A stretch of 64,000 bases of DNA from Squalus acanthias (lineage: Eukaryota): positions 56,608,001 to 56,672,000 of the forward strand of contig CM059438.1 in assembly GCA_030390025.1 (NCBI GenBank), read 5' to 3'. The translations under genes were made by a program, and so were the position numbers. The notes beneath the pieces are model-generated. The model made no database searches. It saw only the letters and a list, made by a program, of their open reading frames with translations, and was not told the origin of the DNA. Below, one piece after another: positions 38,301 to 52,035 of the stretch; the first letter of the stretch is position 1, and each line of letters begins with the position of its first letter.

Positions 38301-39240
38301 TTCACCGAAGTGTACGAGAACATGGGCCTTACACTAAACATCCGTAAGACAAAGGTCCTCTACCAACCTGCCCTCGCCACACAGTACTGCCCACCGATTA
38401 TCAAAATCCATGACGAGGCCTTGGACAACGTGGACCACTTTCCAAATCTCGGGAGACTACTGTCAACAAGGGCAAACGTCGATGACGAAGTCCAACACCG
38501 CCTTCAGTGTGCCAGTGCAGCCTTCGGTCGCCTGAGGAAGTGAGTGTTTGAAGACCAGGACCTCAAACCCAGCACCAAGCTCATGGTCTACAGAACAGTA
38601 GTGATACCCGCCCTCCTGTATGCTTCAGAGACATGGACCATATACAGCAGGCACCTCAAAGCACTGGAGAGGTACCACCAACACTGCCTCCGCAAGATCC
38701 TGCAAATCCATTGGCAGGATAGGCGCACCAACGTCAGTGTTCTCGCTCAGGCCAACATCCCCAGCATTGAAGCTTTGACCATGCTCGATCAGCTCCGATG
38801 GACGGGCCACTTCTTCCGCATGCCCGATACGAGACTCCCAAAGCAAGCGTTCTACTCGGAGCTCCGACACGGCAAGAGAGCCCCAGTTGGGCAGAGGAAA
38901 CGCTTCAAGGACACCCTCAAAGCCTCCTTGAAAAAGTGCAACATCCCCACCGACACCTTGGAATCCCTGGCCCAAGACTGCACAAAGTGGAGAAGAAGCA
39001 TCCGGGAAGGTGCAGAACACCTCGAGTCTCTTCGCCAGGATCAAGCGGAAGCCAAACGCAAACAGCGGAAGGAGCGCACGTCAACCCAAGCACCCCACCC
39101 ACTCGCCCCTTCAACCACCATCTGCCCCACCTGTGACAGAAACTGTAGGTCCCGCATTGGACTCAACAGTCACCTGAGAACTCATTTTTAGTGTGGAAGC
39201 AAGTTATCCTCAGTTCCGAGGGACTGCCTAAGAAGAAGAA
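35395..39240 (+). mobile_element. Near full-length decayed RTE-BovB
   Basis: EN (SETW, YAPTL, DFNARVG, TDHRL), RT and C2H2 end with stops and frameshifts; AAG tail. Confidence 0.92.
36262..36940. mobile_element. 679-bp GC-rich non-autonomous DNA transposon, PIF/Harbinger-like
   Basis: Imperfect TIRs gggctaaaaatt / aatttttactcc; 3-bp TSD aga (36259-36261, 36941-36943); RTE host rejoins as acacagagtgtcc. Confidence 0.8.
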
Positions 39241-41864
39241 TGGTGTTAAAATAATGCTAACAGAAAATCAAGGGCCTAACACTCTGCAAAAGAGAAATCA
39301 ACCAGTGCCACGCAGCAATTTATATGTGTCAGCTTCTCTCGCCCCTGAGTCAGAAGGCAGAGGGTTCAAGCCCCACTCCAGAGACTTCAGCACATAATCT
39401 AGGCTGTACTGAGAGAGTGCTGTATTGTTGGAGGTGCCATCTTTTAAATGAGATGTTAAACCAAAGCCGTGTCTGCCTGTTCAGGTGGATGTAAAAGATT
39501 CCATGACAGTATTTGAAGAAGTGCAGGGGAGTTCACTCCGATGTCCTGGCCAACATTTAGTGATGTTTGTTGAGGGATAAAATTGATTAACCGTCATCAT
39601 CGCACTGCTGTTTGCGAGATCTTGTGGTGCGTGAATTGGTTGCTGCATTTGCCTGCACAACAGTGACAACACTTCAGAAGTACTTCATGCTTGAGAGGCG
39701 TTTTGGGGTGTCCTTTATTTTTTAATCGTTCATGGGATGTGGGCATCGCTGGCAAAGCCAGCATTTATTGCCCATCCCTAATTGCCCTTGAGAAGGTGGT
39801 GGTGAGCCGCCTTCTTGAATCGCTGCAGTCCGTGTGGTGAAGGTACTCCCACAGTGCTGTTAGGGAGGGAGTTCTAGGGTTTTGACCCAGCGACGATGAA
39901 GGATCGGCGATATATTTCCAAGTCAGGATGGTGTGTGATTTGGAGGGGAACTTGGAGGTGGTGGTGTTTCCATGTGCCTGCTGCCCTTGTCCTTCTAGGT
40001 GGAAGAGGTCGCGTGTTTGGGAGGTGCTGCCGAAGAAGCCTTGGCGAGTTGCTGCAGTGCATCTTGTAGATGGTACATATTGCAGCCACGGTGCTCCGGT
40101 GGTGGAGGGAGTGAATGTTTAAGGTGGTGGATCGGGTGCCAATCAAGCGGGCTGCTTTGTCTTGGATGGTGTCGAGCTTCTTGAGTGTTGTTGGAGCTGC
40201 ACACATCCAGGCAAGTGGAGAGTGTTCCATCACACTCCTGACTTGTGCCTTGTAGATGGTTGAAAGGCTTTGGGGAGTCAGGAGGTGAGACACTCGCCGC
40301 AGAATACCTAGCCTCTGACCTGCTCTTGTTGCCACAATATTTATGTGGCTGGTCCAGTTAAGTTTCTGGTCAATGCTGACCCCCCAGGATATTGATGGTG
40401 GGAGATTCGGGGGAACTTGCAGATGGTGGTGTTCCCATGTGCCTGCTGCCTTCTAGGTGGCAGAGGTCGCGGTTTTGGGAGGTGCTGTCGAAGAAACCTT
40501 GGCGAGTTGCTGTACTGCATCTTGTAGATGGTACACACTGCAGGCACGGTGCGCCGATGGTGGAGGGAGTGAATGTTTAAGGTGGTGGATGAGGTGCCAA
40601 TCAAGTGGGCTGCTTTGTCCTGGATGGTGTCGAGCTTCTCGAGTGTTGGAGCTGCACACATCCAGGCAAGTGGAGAGTATTCCATCACACTCCTTACTTG
40701 TGCCTTGTAGATGGTGGAAAGGCTTTGGGGAGTCAGGAGGTGAGACACTTGCCACAGAATACCCAGCCTCTGACCTGCTCTTGTAGCCACAGTATCTAAG
40801 GCTGGTCCAGCTAAATTTCTGTGAGACACAGGATGTTGATGTTGGGGGATTCGGCGATGGTAATGCCGTTGAATGTCAAGAGGCGGTGGTTAGACTCTCT
40901 CTTGTTGGAGATGGTCATTGCCTGGCATTTGTGTGGTGCGAATGTTACCTGCCACTTATCAGCCCAAGCCTGAACATCGTCCAGGTTTTGTTGCATGTGG
41001 GCATGGACTGCTTCATTATCTGAGGAGTTGCGAATGGAAATGAACACTGTGCAATCATCAGCGAACATCCCCATGTCCGACCTTATGATGGAGGGAAGGT
41101 CATTGATGAAGCAGCTGAAGATGATTGGGCCTAGGACACTGCCCTGAGGAACTCCTGCAGCGATGTCCTGGGGCTGTGATGATTGACCTCCAACCACCAC
41201 AACCATCTTACTTTGTTCTAGGTATGACTCCAGCCAGTGGAGAGTTTTCCCCCCGATTCCCATTGACTTCAGTTTTACTCGGGCTCCTTGATGCCACACT
41301 CGATCACTCTCACCTCACCTTTGGAATTCAGCTCTTTTACCCATGTTTGGACCGAGGATGTAATGAGGCCTGGAGCCGAGTGGTCCTGGCAGAACCCAAA
41401 CTGGGCATCAGTGAGTAGGTTATTGGTGAGTAAGTGCTGCTTGATAGATAGACTGATGGGGCGGTAATTGGCCGGTTTGGATTTGTCCTGCTTTTTGTGG
41501 ACAGGACTTACCTGAGCAGTTTTCCTCATTGTCGGATAGATTCCAGTGTTATAGCTGTACTGGAACAGCTTGGCTAGAGGCGCGGCTAGTTCTGGAGCTC
41601 AAGTCTTCAGCACAACAGCCGGGATGTTGTCGGGGTCCACAGCCTTTGCTGTATCCAGTGCGCTCAGCCGTTTCTTGATATCACATGGAGTAAATCGAAT
41701 TGGCTGAAGACTGGCTTCTGTGATGGTGGGGACCTCAGGTGGAGGCTGATATGGATCATCCACTCAGCACTTCTGGCTGAAGATGGTAGCAAACGCTTCA
41801 GCTTTGTCTTTTGCACTCACGTGCTGAGCTCCACCATCATTGAGGATGGGGATATTCACGGAGC

Positions 41865-42978
41865 ATAAGGTATTGGTGAGACCGCATCTGGAATACTGCA
41901 TACAGTTTTGGTGTCCATACTTAAGAAAAGACATATGGGCAACACGGTGGCATAGTGGTTAGCACTGGTGCCTCACAGCGCCAGAGACCCGGGTTCGAAT
42001 CTGACCTCGGGTGACTGTCTGTGTGGAGTTTGCACATTCTCCCCGTGTCTGCGTGGGTTTCCTCCGGGTGCTCCGGTTTCCTCCCACAGTCCAAAAATGT
42101 GCGGGTTAGGTTGATTTGGCTATGATAAATTGACCCTTAGTGTTAGGGGGGGGGGGGATTAAATATGTGGGGTTATGGGGATAGGATGGGATATGTTAGG
42201 GGGAATTAAATACGTGGGGTTACGGGGCTAGGGTGGGATATGTGTACTGTGGGGATTAAAGCAGGGACAGGGTACTGGATTTGGATGATCAGCCATGATC
42301 GTATTGAATGGTGGAGCAGGCTCGACGGGCCGAATGGCATACTCCTGCTCCTTGTTTCTATGTTTCTATACTTGCTCTCGAGGCAGTACAAAGAAGGTTC
42401 ATTCGGTTAATCCCCGGGATGAGGGGGTGGACATACGAGGAGAGGTTGAGTAGATTGGGACTCTACTCATTGGAGTTCAGAAGAATGAGAGGCGATCTTA
42501 TTGAAACATATAAGATTGTGAAGCGGGTGGATGCGGTAAGGATGTTCCCAAGGATGGGTGAAACTAGAACTAGGGGGCATAATCTTAGAATAAGGGGCTG
42601 CTCTTTCAAAACTGAGATGAGGAGAAACTTCTTCACTCAGAGGGTAGTAGGTCTGTGGAATTTGCTGCCCCAGGATGCTGTGGAAGCTACATCATTAAAT
42701 AAATTTAAAACAGAAATAGACAGTTTCCTAGAAGTAAAGGGAATTAGGGGTTACGGGGAGCGGGCAGGAAATTGGACATGAGGTTGAGTTCGGATCGGTC
42801 GAGGCCCTGTGGGTGGCGTAGCGGGCCCAGGGACTGAGTGGCCGGGTCCTGCTCCTACTTCTTGTATTCTTTAGATTTGAGGTGAGGATCAGATCAGCCA
42901 TGATCTTATTGAATGGCGGAGCAGGCTCGAAGGGCCGATTGGCCTACTCCTGCTCCTATTTCTTATGTTCTTATGTTC
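41865..42978 (+). mobile_element. 3' fragment of CR1 family B
   Basis: Closely matches ~8917-9607, including the doubled 3' UTR. Confidence 0.9.
41937..42368 (+). mobile_element. HE1-type V-SINE (tRNA head, V-domain, CR1-derived tail)
   Basis: A box tggcatagtgg, B box ggttcgaatc, tgtggagtttgcacattctccccgtgtctgcgtgggtttcctccgggtgctccggtttcctccc core, CR1-like 3' hairpin. Confidence 0.88.
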
Positions 42979-44014
42979 TCCGTTAGTTGTTTAATGGTCC
43001 ACCACCATTCGCGACTGGATGTGGCAGGACTGCAGAGCTTTGATCTGATCCGTTGATTGTGGGATCGTTTAGCTCTGTCTATAGCATGCTGCTTCCGCTT
43101 TTTAGCATGCATGTAGTCCTATGTTGCAGCTTCCCCAGGTTGGCACTGCATTTTTAGGTACGCCTGGTGCTGCTCCTGGCATGCTCTTCTACACTCCTTA
43201 TTGAACCAGGGTTGGTCCCCTGGCTTGATAGTAATGTAGAGTAGGGGATATGCCAACCCATGAGGTTACAGATTGTGGTGGAATAAAATTCTGCTGCTGC
43301 TGAAGGCCCACAGCGCCTCATGGATGCCCAGTTTTGAGCTGCTAGATCTGTTCTGAATCTATCCCATTTAGCACGGTGATAGTGCCACACAACACGATGG
43401 AGGGTGTCCTCAGTGTGAAGATGGGACTTCGTCTCCACAATGACTGTGCGGTGGTCACTGCTACCAATGCTGTCATGGACAGATGCATCTGCGACAGGTA
43501 GATTGGTGAGGATGAGGTCAGGTAAGTTTTTCCCCTCGTGCTGGTTCTCTCACCACCTGTCGCAGGCCCAGACTGGCAGCTATGTCCTTCAGGACTTGGC
43601 CAGCTCGGTCAGTGGTGGTGCTATTGAGCCACTCTTTGTGATGGACATTGAAGTCCCCCACCCAGAGTACATTCTGTGCCCTTGCTACTCTCAGTGCTTT
43701 TTCCAAGTGGTGTTCAACATGGAGGAGTACTGATTCATCAGCTGAGGGAGGGCCGTAGGTGGTAATCAGCAGGAGGTTTCCGTGCCCATATTTGACCTGA
43801 AGCCATGAGACTTCATGGGGTCCGGAGTCAATGTTGAGGTCTCCCAGGGCCACTCCTTCCTGACTGTATTCCACTGTGCCGCCACCCCTGGTGGGTCTGT
43901 CCTGTCGGTGGGACAGGACATACCCAGGGATGGTGATGGAGGAGTTTGGGACATTGGCTGAGGATGTGAAAGGCGCTATATAAATGCAAGTTCTTTCTTA
44001 CCTTATAAACTTTA

Positions 44015-44143
<129 letters not shown>

Positions 44144-44160
44144 CTAAATGTAAGTAACTT

Positions 44161-44253
44161 GTCAGTCAGAGCATCGTACCGCGTCAGTCAGAGCATCGTA
44201 CCGTGTCAGTCGGAGCATCGTACCGTGTCAGTCTGAACATCGTACTGCGTCAG
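44161..44253. repeat. 22-bp minisatellite, ~4.2 copies
   Basis: Unit gtcagtcagagcatcgtaccg(c/t). Confidence 0.9.
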
Positions 44254-44284
44254 CTAGATCTAGAACCTAGCATGCAGATCGTGT

Positions 44285-45958
44285 TATAGACCAGTTAGCC
44301 TAACATCTGTCGTTGGGAAAATGCTGGAGTCCATTATTAAGGAAGTAGTAGCAGGACATTTAGAAAATCATAATACAGTCAAGCAGAGTCAGCATGGTTT
44401 TATGAAAGGGAAATCATGTTTGACAAATTTGCTAGAGTTCTTTGAGGATGTAACGAGCAGGGTGGATAAAGGGGAACCAGTAGATGTAGTGTATTTGGAT
44501 TTCCAGAAGGCATTCGATAAGGTGCCACATAAAAGGTTACTGCACAAGATAAGAGCTCAACGGGGTGGGTGTAATATATTAGCATGGATAGTGAATTGGC
44601 TAACTAACAGGAAACAGAGAGTCGGGATAAATGGGTAATTTTCCAGTTGGCAAACTGTAACTAGTGGGGTGCCACAGGGATCAGTGCTGGGGCCTCAGCT
44701 GTTTACAGTCCAAAAATGTGCGGGTTAGGTTGTTTTGGCTATGATAAATTGACCCTTAGTGTTAGGGGGGGATTAAATATGTGGGGTTATGGGGATAGGA
44801 TGGGATAGGTTAGGGGGAATTAAATACGTGGGGTTACGGGGGCAGGGTGGGATATGTGTACTGTGGGGATTAAAGCAGGGACAGGGTACTGGATTTGGAT
44901 GATCAGCCATGATCGTATTGAATGGTGGAGCAGGCTCGACGGGCCGAATGGCCTACTCCTGCTCCTAGATTCTATGTTTCTATATTAATGACTTGGATGA
45001 AGGGACTGAGTGTACTGTAGCCAAATTTGCTGATGACACAAAGATCGGTGGGAAAGAAAGTTGTGAAGAGAACACAAAGAATCTCCAAAGGGATATAGAT
45101 AGGTTAAGTGAGTGGGCAAAAATTTGGCAGATGGACTATAATGTGGGAAAATGTAAGGTTATCCACTTTGGTAGGAAAAATAAAAAAGCAAATTATTATT
45201 TAAATGGAGGGAGACTACAAAATGCTGCGGTACAGAGGGATCTGGGGTCCTAGTACATGAAACACAAAAAGTTAGCATGCAGGTACAGCAAGTAATTAGG
45301 AAGGCAAATGGAATGTTAGCCTTTATTGCAAGGGGGATGGAGTATAAAAGTAGGGAAGTCTTATTACAACTGTACAGGGCGTTGGTGAGACCACACCTGG
45401 AGTACTGCGTGCAGTTTTCGTCTCCTTATTTAAGGAGGGATATACTTGCATTGGAGGCAGTTCAGAGAAGGTTCACTAGGTTAATTCCTGAGATGAAGGA
45501 GTTGTCTTATGAAGAAAGGTTGAGCAGGTTGGGCCTATACTCATTGGAGTTTAGAAGAATGAGAGGGGATCTTATTGAAACGTATAAGATTCTGAGGGGG
45601 CTTGACAGGGTAGATGCAGAGAGGATGTTTCCCCTCGTGGGGGAATCTAGAACTAGGGGGCATAGTTTCAGAATAAAGGGTCGCCCATTTAAAACGGAGA
45701 TGAGGAGGAATTTCTTCTCTCAGAGGGTTGTGAATCTTTGGAATTCTCTACCCCAGAGAGCTGTGAAGGCTGGGTCATTGAATATACTTAAGGTGGAGAT
45801 AGACAGATTTTTGAACGATAAGGGAGTCAAGGGTTATGGGGAGCGGGCAGGGAAGTGGAGTTGAGGCCAAGATCAGATCAGCCATGATCTTATCGAATGG
45901 CGGAGCAGGCTCGAGGGCCCAAATGGCCTACTCCTGCTTCTGTTTCTTATTTCTTATA
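44285..45958 (+). mobile_element. 5'-truncated CR1 family C, interrupted by HE1 SINE
   Basis: ORFs at 44321, 44993 and 45277; similar to 10981-12171. Confidence 0.9.
44705..44983 (+). mobile_element. 5'-truncated HE1-type SINE
   Basis: Near-identical to ~42087-42368. Confidence 0.88.
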
Positions 45959-46639
45959 CAGCTGAATGCAAGTTTAAGATTCCTTTTTAAACGACAGAAA
46001 TGTATTTGTTTATCGCAACAGATGTTTTAAAAATCCTTTTAAGGTAGAGGTTTTGAAACTAGGATTTGTGAGGAGAGCCCAGGAGTCTGCAAGGGCATCC
46101 TGGAAATTGTCCCTTTTACTATGCTGGCTGCACATATGGCATGGAGCAGTAAAAATCCAGTTCTTACCAGTGCCACTAGATTCTACAAGATAAGCAGGAG
46201 CAGCTACTATGGTCACCCTACCTAAAAGCAACTGGTGCACCCTGTAGCCTGGGGCAGGATCTCGCCTACCTTTGTCCCCACCCCATTGTCCACTACCATT
46301 ATCAGCACCAACAAGAAGCATGTGGCCTTTTTAGGTTGGCCTATGCAAACGGTACTAAAGTGACATCATGATCCCCATTTTCTATAATTTTTGCCTTATT
46401 TGCACTCTTTCCTCTCCCAACCTGTATAGAACAGGCACCCAGGGTTGCTAGACACTATGGAGAATACAGAGGAGTATTTTATGAGCCTGGCATTAATGTT
46501 AATAGCACCAGTTTAAAGCTTATTTTTAACTCCTCTTTGGCAGAGGCTTTGTTTATTTGCAGTCATTGGTTACGTTGATATCTGCCTTTATGCCATTAGC
46601 TGTGGGCCTGTTATTCCCTCTCCCCACTATTTCAGATAG

Positions 46640-47640
46640 GGCACGTGGGTTTCCCATTGGGGATTCCTCTGTGTCTTTGCTTGTTGGAAGAGGAGGAGGA
46701 GAAGCAAAGGACCAGATTGGTCAGACAGTCCCAGAGGCGCACAGTACCCCACATCCAAACACAAACCTCAAGTTGTGCCAGGAACATTATCTTCAAAAGG
46801 CTTCATTTTACTAGCAAAGCCATAAGCACCACTACAGCTCACCTCCACCACAAGTACCTCACTGCTAGGTCACAACCACCCTTAACTTTTATGCTATGGA
46901 GTCATTCCAGGCTGTCATTGAGAATATCATTAACATTAGCCAATCAGCTGAGCACAGATGCATTAAACAAGTCATCAATGCATTGTTTGTTACAGCAAGC
47001 AATCTCACCTCCTTCCCCCCATTTACAATTAGCAGCAAGGTAACAGGGCATTGCAATTTTAGAGTTACAGGATACTAGACAGTCCAAGCAGTCACAGATT
47101 GCACCCACGTGGACCAATCTGTCCCCTTGTCAATGGCCCTACCTACCAGAACAGGAAAGGATTCCACTGTTATGCAAGTGAATCCTTACTCTTTCCTGGA
47201 GCAGCAATAATGCCTTCATTTTAAGGGAGTGCACTGTGCCAGCACTTTATGACCCAGAAGCTAATCCTCAGTGTGGCTCCTGAGAGACCAGGGTTATCTT
47301 TGCGTCCATGGCTCCTGACACTTGCCTAAGTATCCCAGGGCATGAGCTGACCACCGATGTAATGAGTCCATTTGTGCACCAGAGTAATAATCAAGCACAC
47401 TACCGGCATGATGAGGACATGCTTCAGATGCCTGGTTCAATCTTGGGACATCCTGCAATACAGCTGGAGAGGGTGTAAAGGATGGTGATTAGAGGCTGCA
47501 TGCTGCACAACTCTTCCTTATAAATAGGCCTCATCATTGAGGCCCTGGAGGAAGAAGGCTCTAACAGGATCAGCAAGAAGAACAGAGCAACCTGAGAGGA
47601 TGTGGAAGACACGGGCCATTCATTCCAGTCCAATACAGAA
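46640..47640 (+). pseudogene. Fossil PIF/Harbinger (HARBI1-like) transposase
   Basis: Ordered remnants LNFYAMESFQ..ISQSAEHRCIKQV.NALF, DCTHV (~47097), NRKGFH (~47150), PWLLT (~47305), FRCL (~47423) and CMLHN (~47498). Confidence 0.75.
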
Positions 47641-47714
47641 GACCTTCTCTTGACTTCCAAATCTGGTCACTGCATTAACAGTTCTGTTTATATCTTCCCT
47701 GTCTATCACAAAGA

Positions 47715-47846
47715 TGAGAGGTCGCACAACACCAGGTTATAGTCCAACAGTTTTATTTTAAATCACAAGCTTTCGGAGTTACAACTCCTTCGTCGGGTGA
47801 AGTGAGGAGATACAGAATCGTCAAAGCATATATAGGTAGAGAACAA
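47715..47846 (-). mobile_element. Solo tail-less Penelope-like pLTR fragment with CCGACGA hammerhead variant
   Basis: Matches ~10214-10345 with one difference seen; flanked by direct repeat acaaagatg (47708-47716, 47843-47851). Confidence 0.85.
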
Positions 47847-48389
47847 AGATGCCATCAAATGCAGACCCTTCTCTGTGTGCAACAACTCATGCAGCTCCCA
47901 TTTATGCCAGCAGATGAAAGCAACTTCCAAATCTTTTCAAGAACAGTATCTTTAGACACAACTAGTTTAGTGCAACCATAATTTTAATTAGAAATCAGAT
48001 TGTGCGTGTGCTGAGTGTTTCTTACCACCGTGTTTCCTCTTGATATTAGTGTGTCAAGTATGGGCTCTTATCCCTAGCCTTATATTTCTCCTAGGCGCTA
48101 TCTGAGTGGCAGAAGTGTGTGAAGTGACTGGCTGCTGTGTTCCAGTAGGAGCCTCCTGGCACTGAAGTGGCCTTAGTCTCATGACAGCAGAGGTGGACCT
48201 CTTGTGCTGCTGCCTGGGAAGCTTAACCCTGCATCCTCCTCTGTCAGGTATACAGCCATCAGAGAGGGCTGGCGGTGGGTCATATTCGCTTCCATCCCAA
48301 GAGGAAACATCATCCTCTGTGCCCATTCCTGCCATGCCAGTAGTAGTGGGCATCGGCTCCTCGTGGCCACTGACCCGTGGAAGGCAGAC

Positions 48390-49322
48390 GTAAATCTAGA
48401 TTTGAGTGTAGTTGAGTCATAGTGCATTATAAAGTTTGCAGATGATACAAAACTTGGCAAAGTAGTAAATAGTGATGAGGATAGTTATAGGCTTCAGGAT
48501 GACATTGACAGGATGGTGAAATGGGCAGAAGGATGGCAGATGGAGTTCAATGTGGAGAAGTGTGAAGTGATGCACGTTGGGAGGACGAATATGGAAAGAC
48601 AGTATACTATAAATGGCACGATTTTGAAAAGTGTAGATGAGCAGAGAGACCTTGGTGTCCATATACACAAATCCTTAAAGGTGGTACAGCAAGTTGATAA
48701 GGTGGTTAAAAAAGCATATGAGTTACTTGGGTTTATAAATAGAGCAATAGAATATAAAAGCAAAGAGGTCATGCTAGAACTTTATAAATCACTAGTTAGG
48801 CTTCAGCTGGATTATTGTGGACAATTCTGGGCACCACACTTCAGGAAAGATGTAAAGGCAGAGGAAGTTTACCAGGATGTTACCAGGGATGAGGGACTTC
48901 AGTTATGAGGAGAGGTTGGAAAAGTTAGGACTGTCCTCTTTGGAACAGAGAAGGTTAAGAGGTGACCTAATAAAGGTTTTCAAGATGATGAGAGGTTTTG
49001 ATAGAGTAAAACTATTCCCTCTGGCGAGTGGGTCAATAACCAGAGGTCATAAATTTAAAATCATTGGCAAAAGATCTAGAGGGGAGATGAGAAATTTTTT
49101 AACTCAGAGAGTTGTGGGATCTGGAACGCTCGACCTGAAAAGGTGGTGGAAGCTGATTGCATAAATAATGTTATGAGGGAGTTGGACAGGTACTGGAGGA
49201 TGAAGAACTTACAGGGTTACGGACAAAAAGTGGGGATGTGGGACTAAGCCCGGCTGCTCTTTCAAAGAGCCAGCACAGGCACGACGGGCTGAATGGCCTC
49301 CTTCTGTGCTGTAAGTTTCTAT
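48390..49322 (+). mobile_element. 5'-truncated CR1
   Basis: KFADDTKL to C-terminus and 3' hairpin. Confidence 0.85.
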
Positions 49323-49934
49323 GATGCCCAATGAGATCAGTGAAGCCCTGTGTGATGTTTGTCTGAAATCCAAGCTGCAAGAGACAACCTCCTCCATTCT
49401 GGCACTCCAGGCCGCTAAGGCAGCCATCTGAGCATTCATTGAAGAGACACAGCCCACTCTGAGCCATTGTCAGGAACCCTTCACTACAGATGTCCCTGGA
49501 GCAGCCACATGCTCCATGGTGGACTGCAGAGTTGGGAATCTGTACTCCAATGCCCTGCACATTCTGTACTGGACTCCTCCACCCAAGCCACCATCTGCAG
49601 TGCACTGTCCTCAATGCCTGCACCAACACCTGATGCTCTGCAAGCATTGTTCTTTTAAAAGCAAGTCTGTAAGATTCAGATGCCTAGGCTCTTCATCCAA
49701 GGGAGTAGACAATCTGATTTTCTGATCAGCAACACCTTCCTCCTCACAAGCCACAGGAGCTCCCTTCTGCTCATTCACTCGTGTCACTAGTGTTCTCCCT
49801 TCTGGTTCACTGTCTAACAGCAGCTCCACCCCACTCCGCGCAAGATGGACGTCTCTGATGTGGTGCTTGGGGAGGAAAAAATGTTGGCAGGGCTATATGT
49901 ACTGGGTTCTTCCTCAGATAGAGAGGGAGACAGA

Positions 49935-50450
49935 ATGGTTGCATAGGCTAGGCTTGTATTCCCTTGAGTATAGAAGATTAAGGGTGATCTAATTGAGGTG
50001 TTTAAGATGATTAAAGGATTTGATAGGGTAGATAGAGAGAAACTATTTCTTCTGGTGGGAGAGTCGAGAACAAGGGGGCATAACCTTAAAATTAGAGCCA
50101 GGCCGTTCAGGGGTGATGTCAGGAAGCACTTCTTCACACAAAGTGTAGTAGAAATCTGGAACATTCTCCCCCAAAAAGCTGTTGAGGCTGGGGGTCAATT
50201 GAAAATTTCAAAACGGAGATTGATAAAAATTTTGTTAGGCAAGGGTATTAAGGGTTACGGAACCAAGGAATTAAGATACAGATCAGCTATGATCTAATTG
50301 AATGGTGGAACAGGCTCTGGGGCTGAATATCGTACTCCTGTTCCTATGTTCCTAATGGATTCTTGGCCTTTATCTCAAAAGGGAAGGAAGTTGTGCTTCA
50401 GCTGTACAGAGTCTTGGTCAGACCCCACCTGGAGTACTGCGTTCAGTTTT
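49935..50450 (+). mobile_element. CR1 3' fragments
   Basis: ORF 49998..50297 (ESRTRGHNLKI, HFFTQ) and tail cctatgttccta. Confidence 0.8.
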
Positions 50451-50509
50451 CGTGGTGTGAAATTATATAAGGATGTAGGCACTGTCTCATAGGCAATGGT
50501 AAGCAATCA

Positions 50510-52035
50510 TGTGTTTGCAACCATCTTCAGCCAGAAGTGTCGAGCGATGACCCTGAGATCCCACCATGACAGATGCTAGTCTTCAGCCCATTCAATTCAC
50601 TCCACGTGAGATCAAGAAGTGCACTGGATACAGCAAAGGCTACGGGCCGCGACAACATCCCGGCTGTAGTACTGAAGTCCTGTGCTCCAGAACTAGCCGC
50701 ACCTTTTGCTAAACTGTTCCTGTACAGCTATAGCACTGGCAAGCCACCTGACAAATGTGGAAAATTGCCCAGATATGTCGTGTGCACAAAAAGCAGGACA
50801 AATACAACCCGGCCAATTACCGCCCTCATCAGCCTACTCCCGATCATTAACAAAGTTATGGAAGGGGTCGTCAAAACTTCTCTCAAACGGCACTCACTCA
50901 CCAACAACCTGCTCACCGATGCTCAGTTTGAATTCAGTCAGAACCTCTCAGTTCCAGACCTCATTACAGCCTTGGTCCAAACATGGACAAAGGAGCTAAA
51001 TTCCAAAGATGAGGTGAGAGTGACTGCCTTTAGCATCAAGGCAGAATTTGACCAAGTGTGGCATCAAGGAGCCCTAGTAAAACTGAAGTCAATGGGGATC
51101 AGGGGGAAAACTCTCCACTGGCTGGAGTCATACCTAGCACAAAGGAAGATAGTTGTTGTCATTGGAGGCCAATCATCTCAGCCCCAGGACATCGCTGCAG
51201 GAGTTCCTCAGGGCAGTGTCCTAGGTCCAACTATCTTCAGCTGCTTCATCAATGACCTTCCCTCCATAAGGTCAGACATGGGGCTTTTCGCTGATGATTG
51301 AACAGTGTTCAGCTACATTTGCAATTCCTCTGATAATGAAGCAACATGCAGCAAGACCTGGACAACATTAAAGCTTGGGTTGATAAGTGGCAAATAACAT
51401 TCCTGCCACACAAGTGTCAGGCAATGACCATTTCCAACAAGATGGACTGCAGCAACTTGCCAAGGCTTCCTCGACAGCACCTTCCAAACCCGTGACCCTC
51501 CACCACCTAGAACGACATGGTCAGCACGAGCATGGAAACACCATCACCTCCAGGTTCCCCTCCAAGTCATCTACCATCCTGACATGGGCACATATCACAT
51601 TTCCTTCATAGATGCTGGGTCAAATTCCTGGCTCTCGCTACCTAACAGCATTGTGGAAGCTTGATATCCACCCCTCCACACTGTGGCTCCTATTTACCTA
51701 CAGGGATGCACAGCAACTCACCAATATTACCTTGACAGCACCTCCCTCCTCTGTGAAATCTTCCACTAAGACGGAAAATAAAAGCAATATTGTGGGATTG
51801 CCATCAACTCCAAGTCACACACCATCCTGACTTGGAAATATATCGCCGTTCCTTCATTGTCACTGGCTCAAAATTCTGGAACTCTACCTAACAGCACTGT
51901 GGGAGCACCTTCACCACATGGACTGTAGCGGTTCAAGAAGAAGGCCCACCACCACCTTCTCAAGGGCAACCAGGAATGGGCAATAAATGCCAGCCTCGCC
52001 AGCGATGCCCACGTCCCGAGAATGAATTAAAAAAA
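50510..52035 (+). mobile_element. CR1-group (Zenon/Crack-like) LINE, decayed, with partly repeated 3' region
   Basis: ORF 50573..51301 RT motifs; 3' end caataaatgccagcctcgccagcgatgccc then A tail. Confidence 0.8.

Larger units (their letters stand above)
39714..43957 (-). mobile_element. CR1-group (Zenon/Crack-like) LINE with internal partial tandem duplication (~39930-40395 vs 40396-40825)
   Basis: EN (WVGDFNVHH) to RT and 3' end; ATRAGQRLGIL..PRPLPP segment present twice. Confidence 0.85.
39330..43999 (+). mobile_element. DeuSINE (SacSINE1/AmnSINE1-like): 39330-39713 plus tail 43958-43999
   Basis: tRNA B-box-like ggttcaagccc; Deu-domain-like gagatgttaaacc...gtggatgtaaaagattccatg; tail aaaggcgctatataaatgcaag. 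Confidence 0.75.

Noticed and set aside
41937..42015. tRNA gene
   Set aside because: tRNA-derived head of the HE1 SINE, continuous with the SINE body; the same applies to ~18370-18445 and ~39330-39390.
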